Position numbers and translations under genes: made by a program. Under the pieces are notes generated by a model. That model had not been told where the DNA came from. It saw nothing but the letters and a program-made list of their open reading frames with translations, and did no database searches. A stretch of DNA of 26,484 bases from a virus (lineage: Duplodnaviria; Caudoviricetes), in IMG/VR virus record IMGVR_UViG_3300046167_000298, positions 1 to 26,484 of that record; one strand, 5' to 3'. Positions 25,235 to 26,484 of the stretch are shown here, piece by piece (position 1 is the first letter of the stretch; each line of letters begins with the position of its first letter).

Positions 25235-26484
25235 TGGAATTAATCCAACTCAACCAATACGAAGAGCGATCCTATCGGGAGACAGCTAACAAGATGGGAT
25301 TCGTCAATTACGGCGATGACAACCTCTTCCCGCAGTACCTGGTCGACCTCTTTCATTCGTCCGCTACTCACAACGCGCTGTCCACAACTATCGCGATGAT
25401 GATCTTCGGGGAAGGGTTCGACGCTACGACCTTAGACGGGCGGCTTGCTTTTGACCAATGGAATCTCAACGACGAACTCCGGAAGGCTTGTCTTGATTTT
25501 AAGATTCAAGGCGGATTCGCTCTTGAGGTGAATTGGAGTATCGACCGAACGACTATCGCCAACGTCTCACACCTCCCGTTTGAGAATATCCGCTCGGGGT
25601 TTGTCAATGAAGATGAGAAAGTCGAGTACTATTACTACTCGAAAGACTGGAACGATAAGCGAGAAGAGCCATCGGAGATATGCACGTTCAACCCTGAGAG
25701 GAATATCGAACACCCGACTCAGATACTTTACGTGAAGCCGTTCTCTCCAGGGTCGTTTTACTATCCCAAACCCGACTACGTAGGCTCAATAAATTACATC
25801 GAACTCGACAAAGAGATCGGGGTCTATCATATCAACAACATGAAAAACGGGATGGCACCGAGCTATCGCGTCCACTTTTTAAATGGAATACCGCCATTAG
25901 AAGAACGAAATCGAATCCGTATGGATATCGAAAGACAGATGAGCGGTTCAAGCAACGCGGGCAAGTTCATTGTAACGTATTCGGACGATCCCGAGAGAAA
26001 ACCAATTTTCGAACCGTTTGAATTGTCGGACGCTCACAATCAATATCAGTTCCTCTCGGAAGAAGTTACCTCAAAGATTATGGTCGGACACCGTGTCACC
26101 TCTCCGCAGATGTTCGGGGTTGCTGTACCGGGTAAGCTTGGAGGCGGTGGAGAGCTTGCAGAGGCTTCGGAACTGTTCGAGAAGAATGTCATCGCACCAG
26201 CTCGACAAGTGGTCACAGAAGCCGTTAAAACGCTTCTCAATGCCGCTGGTCTCGACGCTCAACTTGTGCAGCTATCAGAAGAGCCGCAAGAAGTAAACCT
26301 CGATGGATGCGTCGATTATCTCACGGACAAAGGAGAAGAGATGTCGGATGAATGGGAGTTGATAGACGAATCTCCCGTCGATTACGACCTTGAGAAAGCA
26401 CGCGATGCGATGTGGGCATTTGCTCGGGTTCCTTCATCGAATCCCAACGGCAAGAGTGAACAAGATACCGAGATCATCAAAGTT
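25234..26484 (+). CDS. Portal protein (continues across the window end to 371)
   Basis: Open frame from ATG 25234 to the end, missing from the track because it has no stop: MELIQLNQYEERSY…YGDDNLFPQYLVDL..SSATHNA…YYPKPDY…NNMKNGMAPS…SGSSNAGKF…KIMVGHRVTSP.MFG. Confidence 0.88.
   Translation, partial: MELIQLNQYEERSYRETANKMGFVNYGDDNLFPQYLVDLFHSSATHNALSTTIAMMIFGEGFDATTLDGRLAFDQWNLNDELRKACLDFKIQGGFALEVNWSIDRTTIANVSHLPFENIRSGFVNEDEKVEYYYYSKDWNDKREEPSEICTFNPERNIEHPTQILYVKPFSPGSFYYPKPDYVGSINYIELDKEIGVYHINNMKNGMAPSYRVHFLNGIPPLEERNRIRMDIERQMSGSSNAGKFIVTYSDDPERKPIFEPFELSDAHNQYQFLSEEVTSKIMVGHRVTSPQMFGVAVPGKLGGGGELAEASELFEKNVIAPARQVVTEAVKTLLNAAGLDAQLVQLSEEPQEVNLDGCVDYLTDKGEEMSDEWELIDESPVDYDLEKARDAMWAFARVPSSNPNGKSEQDTEIIKV

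Larger units (their letters stand above)
1..26484 (+). mobile_element. Complete or near-complete circularly permuted tailed bacteriophage genome (Caudoviricetes, siphovirus-like), probable Bacteroidota host
   Basis: Terminase, portal, capsid, tail, lysis and replication genes are all on one strand. The portal ORF from 25234 runs exactly 417 codons to 26484 and continues in frame at base 1 (…EIIKV|RYTYAPK…). Bacteroidota-type TAnnTTTG promoters are present. Confidence 0.93.

Noticed and set aside
630-26262. Numerous minus-strand ORFs (e.g. 1730..2245, 15819..16520)
   Set aside because: They are antisense shadows of well-supported + strand genes, with no recognisable motifs or promoters.

Overview
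The window is best read as a complete, circularly permuted, small (26.5 kb) tailed-phage genome (siphovirus-like), most likely infecting a Bacteroidota/Flavobacteriia host. The host call rests on TTG-N19-TAnnTTTG promoters, A/C-rich start regions without Shine-Dalgarno motifs and the style of the structural proteins. All real genes are on the + strand. The portal gene starts at 25234 and continues in frame across the window end into position 1. Modules in order: head-tail connector and lysis cassette (371-2796); early/regulatory and replication genes, including two Myb/SANT-like proteins, a Cro-like HTH, an initiator with internal iterons, NinG and an ECF-type sigma factor (2937-7850); ParB-methyltransferase and terminase (7801-10424); a promoter-ORFs-terminator moron (10425-10890); tail genes (10998-21718); protease, scaffold, capsid, tail tube, adaptor and portal (21715-end). 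No integrase, DNA polymerase, tRNA or CRISPR was found. About eleven single-base insertions and one deletion break conserved genes and look like sequencing errors; a -1 slippery T9 site in the tail chaperone looks genuine. The most notable observations are tandem Myb-like regulators, a candidate late-promoter motif for the phage sigma factor, a candidate antisense sRNA against the first leaderless early mRNA, a dual-coding frameshifted chaperone, and a tail-terminator-like domain fused to a fibre with two GH54/ConA-like domains. All family assignments come from motif recognition by eye; no database searches were run.
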